From: a virus
Length of the DNA stretch: 64,000 nucleotides
Virus record (IMG/VR): IMGVR_UViG_3300050821_008578
Span: 1 to 64,000 of that record
Strand: one strand, 5' to 3'
In this document: positions 37,963 to 47,857 of the stretch, one piece after another
How the letters are laid out: every line of letters begins with the position of its first letter
Numbering within the stretch: the stretch's first letter is position 1
Position numbers and translations under genes: made by a program
The notes under the pieces: model-generated
What the model was told of the DNA's origin: nothing
The model's database searches: none
What the model saw: only the letters and a program-made list of their open reading frames with translations

Positions 37963-39806
37963 TGTATATTTTTATTATTTAAAATATCATTAAATTCTTG
38001 TTCATTTACTACTTTAATACCCAACTTTTCTGCAGCTTTGGATTTAGATGACTTTTTATCAGAATTACAAACTAGATATTTAACATCTTTAGATATTGCA
38101 CTTACCACTAAAATCCTTTTTGATATCATAGTTTTAACCCAATCATCCCTCTTTACTGATAAACTACCTGTAACAACCACTTTGAATTTATAAGTAGATT
38201 CTTCTACTATGGTAGGAATAAGTTTAAACATTTTAGATATACGCATCCAATGATTCTGATTTAATGCCAAAGAATCAACAACATTCTTACTCACTTTACT
38301 TTCTTCAATTTGAAGCATTGAAATAGTAGTTGGGTTATATTTACCCAATTTATTAGCATTGGCTTCACTAAGACCTGGGATATTAATCATAAACCAAAAC
38401 TCCTTGTAAAATAGACCATTTTCTAATTTAATTTCAATATTTTTCTCAACTTGATGAAGTAATTTACCTCTGTGATCACCAAACTTATTTATTAAAACAT
38501 TTAATCTACCTGAATTTGATTTAGGCCCAGATTGTTTAAATAATGGAATAAAATTATCTATGTCTTGAATATCAGAAAAATCTTCATTAACTGGAAATTG
38601 GTCAAGCCAATCATTTAATATAGAACTAGCAACCCCATCAGGTTGTCCTGCAAAATACACTAAATTAAAAATAGGTGTTCTTGATTTAGCATTACATTGA
38701 ATATTTGGACAATTAAGATAAGAACCTTTCCATTCAGTTGGTGTTTGACAACTAGGACATTTATCAGGCACTTCTCCTGATACTCCTTTAATAACTGATT
38801 TAATATAAGGAATTACTTCTCCTGAACGAGTAATTTCAACAATAGCACCTTTACCAATATTATTTTTTACTACATAATCACCATTATGTGCAGTAGCAGC
38901 AGAAAGCATAGCTCCTGATAATTCAACTGGATCATAAACAATCAAAGGGGTTATATGGCCTTTAATTCCTGTATTCCATTCAACATCTTTAACTACCACC
39001 TGTTTAGTTTCAGATTCAAATTTATACGCAACAGAAATTTCTTTATTATCAATAATTTTATTTTCTGTAATTACTATACCATCAGTTAAATATTCAGAAT
39101 TTAATCTCCATTTATTTAAATCAGCCTCTGTAACATTATTTAAATTAATAAATACATCTGCCGTTTCTAAATTTTGACTTTTAATAAATTCTAATACTTG
39201 AATTTTGGAATCAATACGACAAAATCCACCCAATACTGAATAAAAAACAGCACTAAAATCCTTTACTATTTCAGTATCTTCTAGTGAATTTAATACACCT
39301 GATACCATATTTCTAGAATTTGAATATTCTTTAGAATATTTTTCTTCAAATGTTTTAGTTTTTATTAAAGCTTCACATCTAAAACAAACTTGACCAGTCC
39401 ATGGAATATTAGTGGGAACAAATTTAGATACGTGTTGTGAAACATCTATTCCTACTTTACCATTTCCTCTAGTCAATGCTCTTTTAAAAGAACCATTTAT
39501 ATATTCAACAGTAATTGATGAACCATCATATTTTTTAGTTATTACTGGATTTTCAATATCACCGACTGAATCAACTTTTTCTAATGAACCAACTAATCCA
39601 AATTTATGAGGGTATTTTCTACCTTCAATTTTCCAGTCTTCAAATGCACCAAATCCAGGTTGAGAAAGAATAGGGTTACTTGGATCTAAAGATTTTAATT
39701 CTTTAATCCAATAGTCAAATTGATCATCAGTAGTTACTGAGTTACCTTGATAATAAGATTTTGATAAATCTTTAATAATGTTAACTAATTCTTCTACTTT
39801 ATTCAT
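37959..39806 (-). CDS. ligA: NAD-dependent DNA ligase
   Basis: KYDG, TRGNG, TDGIV, RSGEVIP, Cys4 Zn finger and C-terminal BRCT. Confidence 0.95.
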   Translation of the reverse strand: MNKVEELVNIIKDLSKSYYQGNSVTTDDQFDYWIKELKSLDPSNPILSQPGFGAFEDWKIEGRKYPHKFGLVGSLEKVDSVGDIENPVITKKYDGSSITVEYINGSFKRALTRGNGKVGIDVSQHVSKFVPTNIPWTGQVCFRCEALIKTKTFEEKYSKEYSNSRNMVSGVLNSLEDTEIVKDFSAVFYSVLGGFCRIDSKIQVLEFIKSQNLETADVFINLNNVTEADLNKWRLNSEYLTDGIVITENKIIDNKEISVAYKFESETKQVVVKDVEWNTGIKGHITPLIVYDPVELSGAMLSAATAHNGDYVVKNNIGKGAIVEITRSGEVIPYIKSVIKGVSGEVPDKCPSCQTPTEWKGSYLNCPNIQCNAKSRTPIFNLVYFAGQPDGVASSILNDWLDQFPVNEDFSDIQDIDNFIPLFKQSGPKSNSGRLNVLINKFGDHRGKLLHQVEKNIEIKLENGLFYKEFWFMINIPGLSEANANKLGKYNPTTISMLQIEESKVSKNVVDSLALNQNHWMRISKMFKLIPTIVEESTYKFKVVVTGSLSVKRDDWVKTMISKRILVVSAISKDVKYLVCNSDKKSSKSKAAEKLGIKVVNEQEFNDILNNKNIQ

Positions 39807-39911
39807 TAATTAAATTTCTTTCATTATAAATTCAATATTATAGCCTCTATTAGTATACCATAATATTACTTCATTACTTTCTTCTAAACTTAAATATATT
39901 ATATTATTCAT

Positions 39912-40244
39912 TTAATTTAATCCATCCCAAAAAGTATGGAAAACCTCCAAATTAGTTTTTCCTGATAACTTATCATGTTCTTTATCAAAGAATTCTTTCA
40001 CTACTTTAGCTAATTCACCTTTTAAATAATCACCTTTTTTATAAGGATACTTCTTTGATGATTTAATTATTTCTAAAACTTTAAAATCTTTTATTTGAAC
40101 AGCCAAATTTAATTCATCACCAATATTTAAATGAAAAGATGGATTTTTAAGAGGTTCATGGTAGACATGAAAAGAAACACCTTTATATCTACCAAGTGTA
40201 GCCATTTCATTTAATTTTTTTAATAAATTTTTGGCTCTATTCAT
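39912..40244 (-). CDS. DUF4160-like small protein with an extra N-terminal leader
   Basis: MATLGRYKGVSFHVYHE..NPSFHL...WDGLN preceded by MNRAKNLLKKLNE. Confidence 0.5.
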   Translation of the reverse strand: MNRAKNLLKKLNEMATLGRYKGVSFHVYHEPLKNPSFHLNIGDELNLAVQIKDFKVLEIIKSSKKYPYKKGDYLKGELAKVVKEFFDKEHDKLSGKTNLEVFHTFWDGLN

Positions 40245-40477
40245 TAATCACCTTTTAGATTTGTAATTTTATCTTTCATAACTACTTCAAATGAACCTTC
40301 TGGTTGAATATTTTCAAGAGAAAATTCATATGCCATTTCATTTAATTCTGATTCTGTCATATCTTTATGCAATTCAACTTCTTCTTCTGAATCACAACCA
40401 GAATAATTACATGTTGAATACAACACTACTGTTGTTCCTTTGGGATATACTTTTTCTTTTCTTTCTACTTTATTCAT
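40244..40477 (-). CDS. Hypothetical protein
   Basis: GGAGG SD favours ATG 40477; first gene after promoter copy 2. Confidence 0.6.
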   Translation of the reverse strand: MNKVERKEKVYPKGTTVVLYSTCNYSGCDSEEEVELHKDMTESELNEMAYEFSLENIQPEGSFEVVMKDKITNLKGD

Positions 40478-40493
40478 CTCTACCTCCAACTAT

Positions 40494-40528
40494 CTTATCG
40501 GAACATTTTTCTAAAACAAAAGGGTTTT
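40494..40528 (-). promoter_or_regulatory. Conserved 35-bp promoter, copy 2
   Basis: Identical to copy 1. Confidence 0.75.
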
Positions 40529-40541
40529 AGGAAAAATAGAT

Positions 40542-41354
40542 TTATTTAATACTTTCATAAAATTGCTCACAAGCTTCATTATTAAAAGGAATAAATTTAC
40601 TCATTTCTAGATTATTATTTATAATTCCTTCTACCAAAGATAGATCTTGAGTTTGACCATTTATTCTCAAATTAGAATTATTATTACAATAACTTACAAA
40701 TTTATCTGCTAGTTCACCCAATCCTAAAAATTTGAGATAATTATATCCAAATACATATACTGGGTCATCGAATTTCTGAGTATGTACTTCACATTTATTT
40801 AAAGTTGGTGATTTTAACTCTTTAGATAAATTTTTATTATATTGATAGTTATTCTTAGTTGCTGTTTCTGTACCCCAGCATGTACCTTTAATTATCTTAC
40901 CACCATTACGATTAAAGCATCTATCAATCATTGATTCTCTTTTATCATAAAAGAAATATTGATAGAAAACATTATTATACCCAAATTTATTATGTATTGA
41001 ATCTAGATTATATACTGGGCTAAGAGTTAATGGGTATCCTTCACAAATAAAATTCTTATTACTAAATTTTTTAATTAACCAATAAACAAACCAAGCACCA
41101 AATCCTGTATTTAAATAATCTAGACCTGTCCAACTATGTAATTTACTTGCTCTACCCAATGCATATTTACCAGTTATAAATATATTTAGATCTGGAAATT
41201 CAATAGCAATGGGACATTTCTTATTTTTAAATTCAGTATGATAAATTTGATAATTATAATTTTTACTTAATAAGAATCTTAATAGCTGTTCAACTCTAGT
41301 ACCTTTACCTGAACCTGAAATACCTTTAAGTTGTGCATATGAAGAAGTAATCAT
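40542..41354 (-). CDS. P-loop kinase of the 5hmdU DNA kinase type
   Basis: KGISGSGKGT, GKY...GLD and CEG; adjacent to the amino acid:DNA transferase. Confidence 0.7.
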   Translation of the reverse strand: MITSSYAQLKGISGSGKGTRVEQLLRFLLSKNYNYQIYHTEFKNKKCPIAIEFPDLNIFITGKYALGRASKLHSWTGLDYLNTGFGAWFVYWLIKKFSNKNFICEGYPLTLSPVYNLDSIHNKFGYNNVFYQYFFYDKRESMIDRCFNRNGGKIIKGTCWGTETATKNNYQYNKNLSKELKSPTLNKCEVHTQKFDDPVYVFGYNYLKFLGLGELADKFVSYCNNNSNLRINGQTQDLSLVEGIINNNLEMSKFIPFNNEACEQFYESIK

Positions 41355-41356
41355 TT

Positions 41357-42379
41357 TTATATTTCCAAATCTTTATATTGATTAAGTTCAGGTAATGTTC
41401 CTGTATCCAAAAATATATTCATTCTTGATTTATCTATTTTCTCGTTTACTATAGTATTACCATTAGGAACACATTCTTTCATCCAGTCATAAATAATATT
41501 AAAATCTACCCCATAAAAATATGTTTTAGATTTATCAATATCCTCTAACAGTCTTGCCAAATAATAACCAAGATAACGTCCATCTTTACGTCTAAATAAT
41601 TTTTTAAATGAACATAAAGCAGTTTCAACATAGAAATAATCTACTTTAACATCTGGAAATCTTAGTTTAATCTCATTTATAATAGAATCAGTTTCATAAT
41701 CAAACCATTTTATCATAGCTGAAGTATATTTAACTGATTGTTTTACTTTTTTAGTTCCATTATCTATATAAATTCTAGATGCTAATTCTGGTTTATCAAG
41801 AATATAACATAATCCATCAGTAGGACTTTGAGTATTCATGCCAAATTGTATTGAAGTTGGTTCAATATTTAACCCACAACAGTATTTAAGATGTTGCATA
41901 TAAAAGAATAAAACATATCTACCAAAATATCTAATATTACTTAATTCAGATTTAAGTTTATTATAATTTACTTTAGGATCATCACTATTACAAATATCTT
42001 TGAAATATTGTTCTTGTGTTCTACCAGCTAATAGATCTTTATAACTAGAAATAATTAAATCTAATTTACCACGATTCCATTTTACATCCGATTGATGATG
42101 AATCTGTTTGTAATTGTTTCTATTCCAAACTTTAATATCTTCTAAATCAATATTTTCAAGATCTGGAATATAATTGAATATAGCATAAGCTGAAGCGGCA
42201 TCATAAGTAATACCATAAAGAAGACAGAAATAATATCGCTGTTCTAAATTATATTCTTGTCTTTCAAATAAATAATTAGTAACAGGAATAGCAGTATCTA
42301 TATCATTATTCCTATACTGCCATACATAATATTTTATAAATGCTTCTCTACGATTCTCAGGTAGGCGAAAATCCATCAT
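41357..42379 (-). CDS. Amino acid:DNA transferase (aGPT-Pplase2/ADDT family)
   Basis: DFRLPENRREAF, FGRY..F.Y, DGLC and ETALCSFKK..R..RYLGYY. Confidence 0.85.
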   Translation of the reverse strand: MMDFRLPENRREAFIKYYVWQYRNNDIDTAIPVTNYLFERQEYNLEQRYYFCLLYGITYDAASAYAIFNYIPDLENIDLEDIKVWNRNNYKQIHHQSDVKWNRGKLDLIISSYKDLLAGRTQEQYFKDICNSDDPKVNYNKLKSELSNIRYFGRYVLFFYMQHLKYCCGLNIEPTSIQFGMNTQSPTDGLCYILDKPELASRIYIDNGTKKVKQSVKYTSAMIKWFDYETDSIINEIKLRFPDVKVDYFYVETALCSFKKLFRRKDGRYLGYYLARLLEDIDKSKTYFYGVDFNIIYDWMKECVPNGNTIVNEKIDKSRMNIFLDTGTLPELNQYKDLEI

Positions 42380-42762
42380 TTATCCAGATATGAGCGTTTA
42401 CTTCCAGGACTATCAATAATAACTACACAATTATCTGAACCACATTTACATTGAAATGATGTAGATAATTTACTTTCATTATCTAAATAATTAAAAGTTA
42501 TTTCTTCTCCAATGCTAATATATTTTTTAGCCCTCATAACTCTATTAGTTTTATCTACATAACAATTTGGTGAACAACTATGATTTGTATAAGCACCCCA
42601 TGGATTTACAACATGTAAATTGGGTGATAGTTCAATTGAACGTAAACTAGAATTTTGAGAAAATTCACCCATATCTAAATTAAATACTTCTGCATCTGGT
42701 AAGAATAGATTATTAGCAACTAATGATACTTGCCCAAATTTATTTTTCTTGAATGTTAACAT
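42376..42762 (-). CDS. SET-domain methyltransferase with post-SET motif
   Basis: NHSCSPN, GEEITFNY and CKCGSDNC. Confidence 0.9.
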   Translation of the reverse strand: MLTFKKNKFGQVSLVANNLFLPDAEVFNLDMGEFSQNSSLRSIELSPNLHVVNPWGAYTNHSCSPNCYVDKTNRVMRAKKYISIGEEITFNYLDNESKLSTSFQCKCGSDNCVVIIDSPGSKRSYLDK

Positions 42763-43387
42763 CAGTATCTCCTAATTGGGATTTAACTAAATCATACATA
42801 TATCTATTAGAATATTTATTATTCAATAATTCTTTTTCTGAATTAGTTTTATCTGTTCTTCTAATAATTAGATTCCAAACTGATTGATTATTAATACCAA
42901 ATTCTTCATATTTCATATTCTCATATTTCTTAAAATCTTCAATATCATTACTTAATAATGGTAAATTTACATAATATGAATTTTCTTTAGTTTTACTCCA
43001 ATATACTAATCCGAGTTTATTATAAAATCTCATTGTATGAGTTAAATCATCACAATTCATACGGATTCTTGTCTTCCCAGAATCATAAGCTAATTTTACT
43101 GCTTCTCTAATTAATCTTTTAGCATATCCTTTTTGACGATATTTAACTGGAGTAACAATATTAAGAATGGTAATATATTTTTGTTTAGTTATATTATAAA
43201 ATAATACAGAAGTTATTTCACCATTATCTTCAATTGCCATAACAGGTTTTTCTTCATATTTATAAAAACTAGCATAAAAAGCCATAGAACCACTAGAAAA
43301 ATTTAGTGTTTCCTTATCATTAATATCTATTTTATTATGAAATTTATTAGCATATTCTTCTTTTGAATGAAAGAATACAATATTCAT
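42740..43387 (-). CDS. GNAT acetyltransferase
   Basis: IVTPVKYRQKGYAKRLI (motif A); FYNKLG. Confidence 0.85.
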   Translation of the reverse strand: MNIVFFHSKEEYANKFHNKIDINDKETLNFSSGSMAFYASFYKYEEKPVMAIEDNGEITSVLFYNITKQKYITILNIVTPVKYRQKGYAKRLIREAVKLAYDSGKTRIRMNCDDLTHTMRFYNKLGLVYWSKTKENSYYVNLPLLSNDIEDFKKYENMKYEEFGINNQSVWNLIIRRTDKTNSEKELLNNKYSNRYMYDLVKSQLGDTDVNIQEK

Positions 43388-44211
43388 AATTCACCTTTTA
43401 AAATAAGTTCTCTATTTTTCAATACTGTTTCCATATCATTAAATTTAGTATTAGTTAATAGCCATTTCTTTTCTAATTCATGATCATATGGATATTCCTT
43501 TGGTAGATTAAAATTATTAGCCCAATCTTTAACTGGTTTTCTATCACTTAATGCTTGATCTAAATATTCCATATCAAATAGAAACATTTCCTGAAGATCA
43601 TTAATATTAATTGATGGATGGTGCCACCGAAATTCAATCGATCCTGATGTCCATAATGAATACAAATTAACTGAAAATCTTTTTGTTGTTTGCCATAGAA
43701 TTCTACCATCAGATACTACTGCATGACCTTCTTTAAATTCTTTAATAGTTTTAGCATTCATACAGTGATTATAACGCAATTCATTCATAATCTTACGATC
43801 AAATGATCTAAATGATTTTGTATTTCTACCCATTTCAGGAAGAATAGTAAAATACCATTTATTGTCTATAAACCATTGTCCATTCTCATTAGTATAACTA
43901 AGTATTTTCTTAAGACTATCTAGATCCTCTTTAGCACCTTCCCATGACAAATGAATATGTGTTACTGATTTATGATTCACTCTAGCCTCAGGAAATCTTT
44001 TAAATAATTCTTTAATTTTATTCATCATTTCATCTAATGAATAAGATGGTGTTGAATTGAATTCAATTCCTAATGGATAATCTAAAGCTGCAGCAATACC
44101 ATTGTGATTCATAATATCTGGATCGAAGGAAGTAGTCCAACCTTCAGGCAATGGTCTATCTTTTGGCACATCACATAATTCTAATTCAATACCTAGAGAA
44201 TATTTTTTCAT
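43384..44211 (-). CDS. Amidoligase (glutamine synthetase/GCS-like COOH-NH2 ligase), paralog 2
   Basis: GIELE, EFNSTP, THIH, KRFSVNL and SIEFR. Confidence 0.75.
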   Translation of the reverse strand: MKKYSLGIELELCDVPKDRPLPEGWTTSFDPDIMNHNGIAAALDYPLGIEFNSTPSYSLDEMMNKIKELFKRFPEARVNHKSVTHIHLSWEGAKEDLDSLKKILSYTNENGQWFIDNKWYFTILPEMGRNTKSFRSFDRKIMNELRYNHCMNAKTIKEFKEGHAVVSDGRILWQTTKRFSVNLYSLWTSGSIEFRWHHPSININDLQEMFLFDMEYLDQALSDRKPVKDWANNFNLPKEYPYDHELEKKWLLTNTKFNDMETVLKNRELILKGEL

Positions 44212-44510
44212 TTTGTACTTTGTACCATACCAAGTTGTTGGGAATATTTATAATATTTATTCACTTTTTCAGTTCTTTTTTTAATTTCACTTTCAAATGT
44301 TTGATCGCATTGAAATATATTCTCTCCAGTCATTATTCCTAAAATAACATGTAAATCAATAAGTTCATCTTGAAGCCGTTCAGCATTATTTTTACTTTGA
44401 CCTGGTTGAATTTCATTAAATCCAAATTGTTGAGTTTTCAATGCTCTTTGTGCAACTTCTGTACATTCTTCTGCCAATTTGGTAAGAAGAAATTGAGATC
44501 TTGTCATCAT
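44208..44510 (-). CDS. MazG-like all-alpha NTP pyrophosphohydrolase
   Basis: LAEECTEVAQ...LQDELIDL. Confidence 0.75.
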   Translation of the reverse strand: MMTRSQFLLTKLAEECTEVAQRALKTQQFGFNEIQPGQSKNNAERLQDELIDLHVILGIMTGENIFQCDQTFESEIKKRTEKVNKYYKYSQQLGMVQSTK

Positions 44511-44515
44511 TTATT

Positions 44516-45307
44516 TTAGCCTTTACTTTTAGTCTGTTGGTATTTATTATGTCGTTCTAAATTAAATTCAATCTCAGTAGGGAATTTATATCCATTCCAT
44601 CTAAGTGATTCTATTGGTTTATCATTTAATGCTGCTTCCATAAAATCTCTGCAATATTCAAAAGTGCTTTCTACTACTTCAGGATCCAAAGTGGCATAGA
44701 AATGACGAAATTCAATAGTACCATGTTTTTTAGCTGAACTCAAGTTAACACTATACCGCCTACCAGTTTGGGGTAATACTCTACCGTCTTTTACTTTATA
44801 AAATGAATTAAAAAAGTCTTCTAATGTTTCAGCATTCATACAAAATTTGTATTTCCAATCTGGTAATGACTGTCTATCAACTTTTGCATAACCCCATGCT
44901 GCTGCATCCATAAGTGGGTGTTTAGTGGGGTTGAATGTTCTTGATAAAATATATTCAGCATTAATTTGAAAATAAGATAAAATTTTCTTTAATGCACTTA
45001 AATCTTCATTCAATCCTGGATAAGAAACATGGAAATGCGTGTGACTACGATGGGTTACAGTTACACCTGGTAGTAATTTAACAGCTAATTCAAATAATTC
45101 TTTTTGTTCTTTGATAGTATTAGTTGGTTTAGTATTCACTTCACCACCAATATCATGTAACTTACCTGATGGATCAATTGCTATGCCATCTGAATTTACA
45201 ATATCTTTTTCATTTGAATTCCAAGATAATCCATCAGGTAATACAATAGATCTAGATACATCTGAAAATTCATATTCGGCGCCAAAAGTAAAATTCATAA
45301 CTGCCAA
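44516..45307 (-). CDS. Amidoligase, paralog 1
   Basis: TFGAEYE, GGEVNTKPT, THFHV, RRYSVNL and TIEFRHF. Confidence 0.8.
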   Translation of the reverse strand: MAVMNFTFGAEYEFSDVSRSIVLPDGLSWNSNEKDIVNSDGIAIDPSGKLHDIGGEVNTKPTNTIKEQKELFELAVKLLPGVTVTHRSHTHFHVSYPGLNEDLSALKKILSYFQINAEYILSRTFNPTKHPLMDAAAWGYAKVDRQSLPDWKYKFCMNAETLEDFFNSFYKVKDGRVLPQTGRRYSVNLSSAKKHGTIEFRHFYATLDPEVVESTFEYCRDFMEAALNDKPIESLRWNGYKFPTEIEFNLERHNKYQQTKSKG

Positions 45308-46038
45308 TCCTGAAGATTAATTCCTTCAATTTTATCTAATATAACAACCTTATTAGCTTGTAATCCATAAACCGTTCCCGGTTCTGTTTTGGTTATATTT
45401 AACAGCTTAGTAGAGTCTTCAAAACCTACTAAAGACCTTTTAATAATCTCTTTGGTTGAAGCTACAATAGTAAATTTTGAATATCCTTCTAGTTCAGCAT
45501 AATATAATGGACGTCTACCATTACGATAGAATTGAATATTACCATCAACCCATAATTGACATATAGCCATAGAAAAATGTATATCATCCTGATTTTTGCT
45601 TAAAGTGAGAGGGTTAACACCATTTGACATTTTAATATGGGCAATTTCAGTATCATTAGTAGTTTTGCATTCTACATTAAATAACGTTTTCCACTGATTT
45701 AGGTTAGCTTGAGTTATTACCCCATTCATAGAAATAGATAATTCACCATCAGCAATAGGTTGTGCATTTTTAATATCTGGATCACCCGAGGTACTATATC
45801 TTGTATGTGCTATAAGATTAATAGATCCATATTTTTGGATCTCTTCTTCAATATGAAACCAGTACTTGTCTGTAAATTCTCTTGATGGAATTTTATCTTT
45901 AAGTGTTGTAAGTCCATATTTAGAGATATAAGAAACACCAGTACTATGTTTACCTCTAATTTGACTTTCTTCCAATAATTTACGAACTATTGGTAAATCT
46001 CTAACATCATTTGATCTAATACCTATTACACTACACAT
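45295..46038 (-). CDS. Class II (Ntn) glutamine amidotransferase
   Basis: True start MCSVIG gives an N-terminal Cys; RGKHSTG, HTRYSTSG, QP, NG, NDTE and RPLY. Confidence 0.85.
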   Translation of the reverse strand: MCSVIGIRSNDVRDLPIVRKLLEESQIRGKHSTGVSYISKYGLTTLKDKIPSREFTDKYWFHIEEEIQKYGSINLIAHTRYSTSGDPDIKNAQPIADGELSISMNGVITQANLNQWKTLFNVECKTTNDTEIAHIKMSNGVNPLTLSKNQDDIHFSMAICQLWVDGNIQFYRNGRRPLYYAELEGYSKFTIVASTKEIIKRSLVGFEDSTKLLNITKTEPGTVYGLQANKVVILDKIEGINLQDWQL

Positions 46039-46039
46039 A

Positions 46040-46264
46040 TTATTTATTATTTTCTTTAAAAAATTGAATTGCTTCAGCACAATTAGTTACCCATAAACAA
46101 TTAGGGACTTTTACACATAAGACTAAATCAGGTCCTATTAATGGAGAAAATGCATATAATGCTTGTGCTTCATTAAAAACAACTACTCTATTAATTAAAG
46201 TAACTGGGTTATTAGTACTATAATGACTATCAATAATTAATTCTTCTAGATTCATTGAGTTCAT
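46040..46264 (-). CDS. Hypothetical protein
   Basis: Coupled ORF. Confidence 0.55.
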   Translation of the reverse strand: MNSMNLEELIIDSHYSTNNPVTLINRVVVFNEAQALYAFSPLIGPDLVLCVKVPNCLWVTNCAEAIQFFKENNK

Positions 46265-47001
46265 TTATTACTCCTATACCAATCAATAGTTTTAGTTAAA
46301 CCATCAATCAATTCAGTTCTTTTTATATTAAATTTAAAATTATCTAATTTACTAGTACTACCAATTATTACTGGATTATTTTTACTAGATTGTTTTTCAA
46401 ATCTAATATCACATTGTTTATCATTAATTAATTTATTAATAATAATTGCTAGTTGTAATTCTGAATTACCCACCCCAGTACAGATATCTACTTTATCACA
46501 AAAGTATGTTTCATTTTTATTTAAAAATTCCATCATTGAATATAAATAATTTACTACATCCTTTACATAAATAAAATCTCTAATTTGACTACCACTGCCA
46601 TAAATAACTGATGGTTTATTATTTAGTGATTGATTTATTAACTTTGAAATAATTCCTGAATTAATATCTTGTCTTTCACCATAAACATTAAATAAATTAC
46701 ATTCAATAAATTTATTATAATATTTTTCATTAATTTTAGAAAAACTTCGTAAATAAATTGTATTATTAATGGATAAATCAAATACACCATCTGTTAGATA
46801 AATAACACTATCATGAACTAATTCTTTGGATAAGTCTAAATTAATAAACTGAAATTTAGTAGAATCAAGATGTGATAGATTTTTTCTATCATTTTCTTTA
46901 GAATTATCAATAATTATTGGATAATCACCATTTTCAATTATTTTCTCAACTAAATGAGAACCAATAAATCCAGCCCCACATGTAACTATATATCTTTTCA
47001 T
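46261..47001 (-). CDS. Degenerate NAD-dependent epimerase/dehydratase (internally deleted)
   Basis: TCGAGFIGSHL, FNVYG and RDFIYVKDV present; YxxxK segment missing. Confidence 0.7.
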   Translation of the reverse strand: MKRYIVTCGAGFIGSHLVEKIIENGDYPIIIDNSKENDRKNLSHLDSTKFQFINLDLSKELVHDSVIYLTDGVFDLSINNTIYLRSFSKINEKYYNKFIECNLFNVYGERQDINSGIISKLINQSLNNKPSVIYGSGSQIRDFIYVKDVVNYLYSMMEFLNKNETYFCDKVDICTGVGNSELQLAIIINKLINDKQCDIRFEKQSSKNNPVIIGSTSKLDNFKFNIKRTELIDGLTKTIDWYRSNK

Positions 47002-47222
47002 TTTTGTTCTTTAATATTATTAAAGTCTATTTTATTTAATTGAGACACCACATCAAATATTTCTATTTTTGTTTTATCCCAATCTTCAAAATTAGATTTA
47101 TATACCAATTGTGTGAGTCTATTCAATCTTTCTTTTAAATTATGTACTACTTCAAAACCTTCTTGTTTGGCTTTTAATAGTTCTAATTGATATAAATCAT
47201 AATCAATTATAATAGTTTTCAT
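46998..47222 (-). CDS. Hypothetical protein
   Basis: Coupled ORF. Confidence 0.55.
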   Translation of the reverse strand: MKTIIIDYDLYQLELLKAKQEGFEVVHNLKERLNRLTQLVYKSNFEDWDKTKIEIFDVVSQLNKIDFNNIKEQK

Positions 47223-47235
47223 TTTATTCTCTTAT

Positions 47236-47421
47236 TTATTTAGATTTTGGTTCTACTACTGGATCAGTTTCTAGTCTTAATTGTGTACGTTGAATTTCCA
47301 AATTAAGATAATCTCTATATTGTTTATCTGTTACCCATTGTTTGGGTGTTTCTTTAGATTTCATCCTATTAGTCAACTCTTCCAGATATCTTTTTAGATT
47401 TGCATTTTTAGTTGATGTCAT
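47236..47421 (-). CDS. Hypothetical protein
   Basis: AGGAG SD. Confidence 0.6.
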   Translation of the reverse strand: MTSTKNANLKRYLEELTNRMKSKETPKQWVTDKQYRDYLNLEIQRTQLRLETDPVVEPKSK

Positions 47422-47430
47422 TTAATCTCC

Positions 47431-47682
47431 TTAGTTATGATATTCATTACCATTTATATCATGAAAAACATTTCTTTCACCATAATTATCAGTAAAATCA
47501 CCTAAAGTAATCACATAATAATAAAAATTATCTACTGAATCAGGTGCTACTTCTTCAAACTTTTGAAGTCTTACTTCTTCTACTGGTAATTCTTGAAGAA
47601 GAAGACGATTTTTAAGTTTCTCCGGAAAGATACCACCAGAAAAGAATTTTGAATTATCAGTTAATAGGCGATAATATTTCAT
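47431..47682 (-). CDS. Hypothetical protein
   Basis: Intact ORF in operon. Confidence 0.55.
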   Translation of the reverse strand: MKYYRLLTDNSKFFSGGIFPEKLKNRLLLQELPVEEVRLQKFEEVAPDSVDNFYYYVITLGDFTDNYGERNVFHDINGNEYHN

Positions 47683-47683
47683 A

Positions 47684-47857
47684 TTATTCTTTCATTTCTT
47701 TAACTTCAATAATTTCAAATTCTTGATCAATATATCTAGTATTTTTCATTTTATAATCTTTAGCTAATTCAATAGCTTCCTCTTCACTATTAGCTTCAAC
47801 TTCTTCATCAACCATATAATGTACTACATGTATCATGGTAACATGATATTTTTTCAT
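47684..47857 (-). CDS. Small DpnD/PcfM-like protein (57 aa, not in the ORF track)
   Basis: MKKYHVT...VEANSEEEAIELA; GGAG SD. Confidence 0.6.
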   Translation of the reverse strand: MKKYHVTMIHVVHYMVDEEVEANSEEEAIELAKDYKMKNTRYIDQEFEIIEVKEMKE

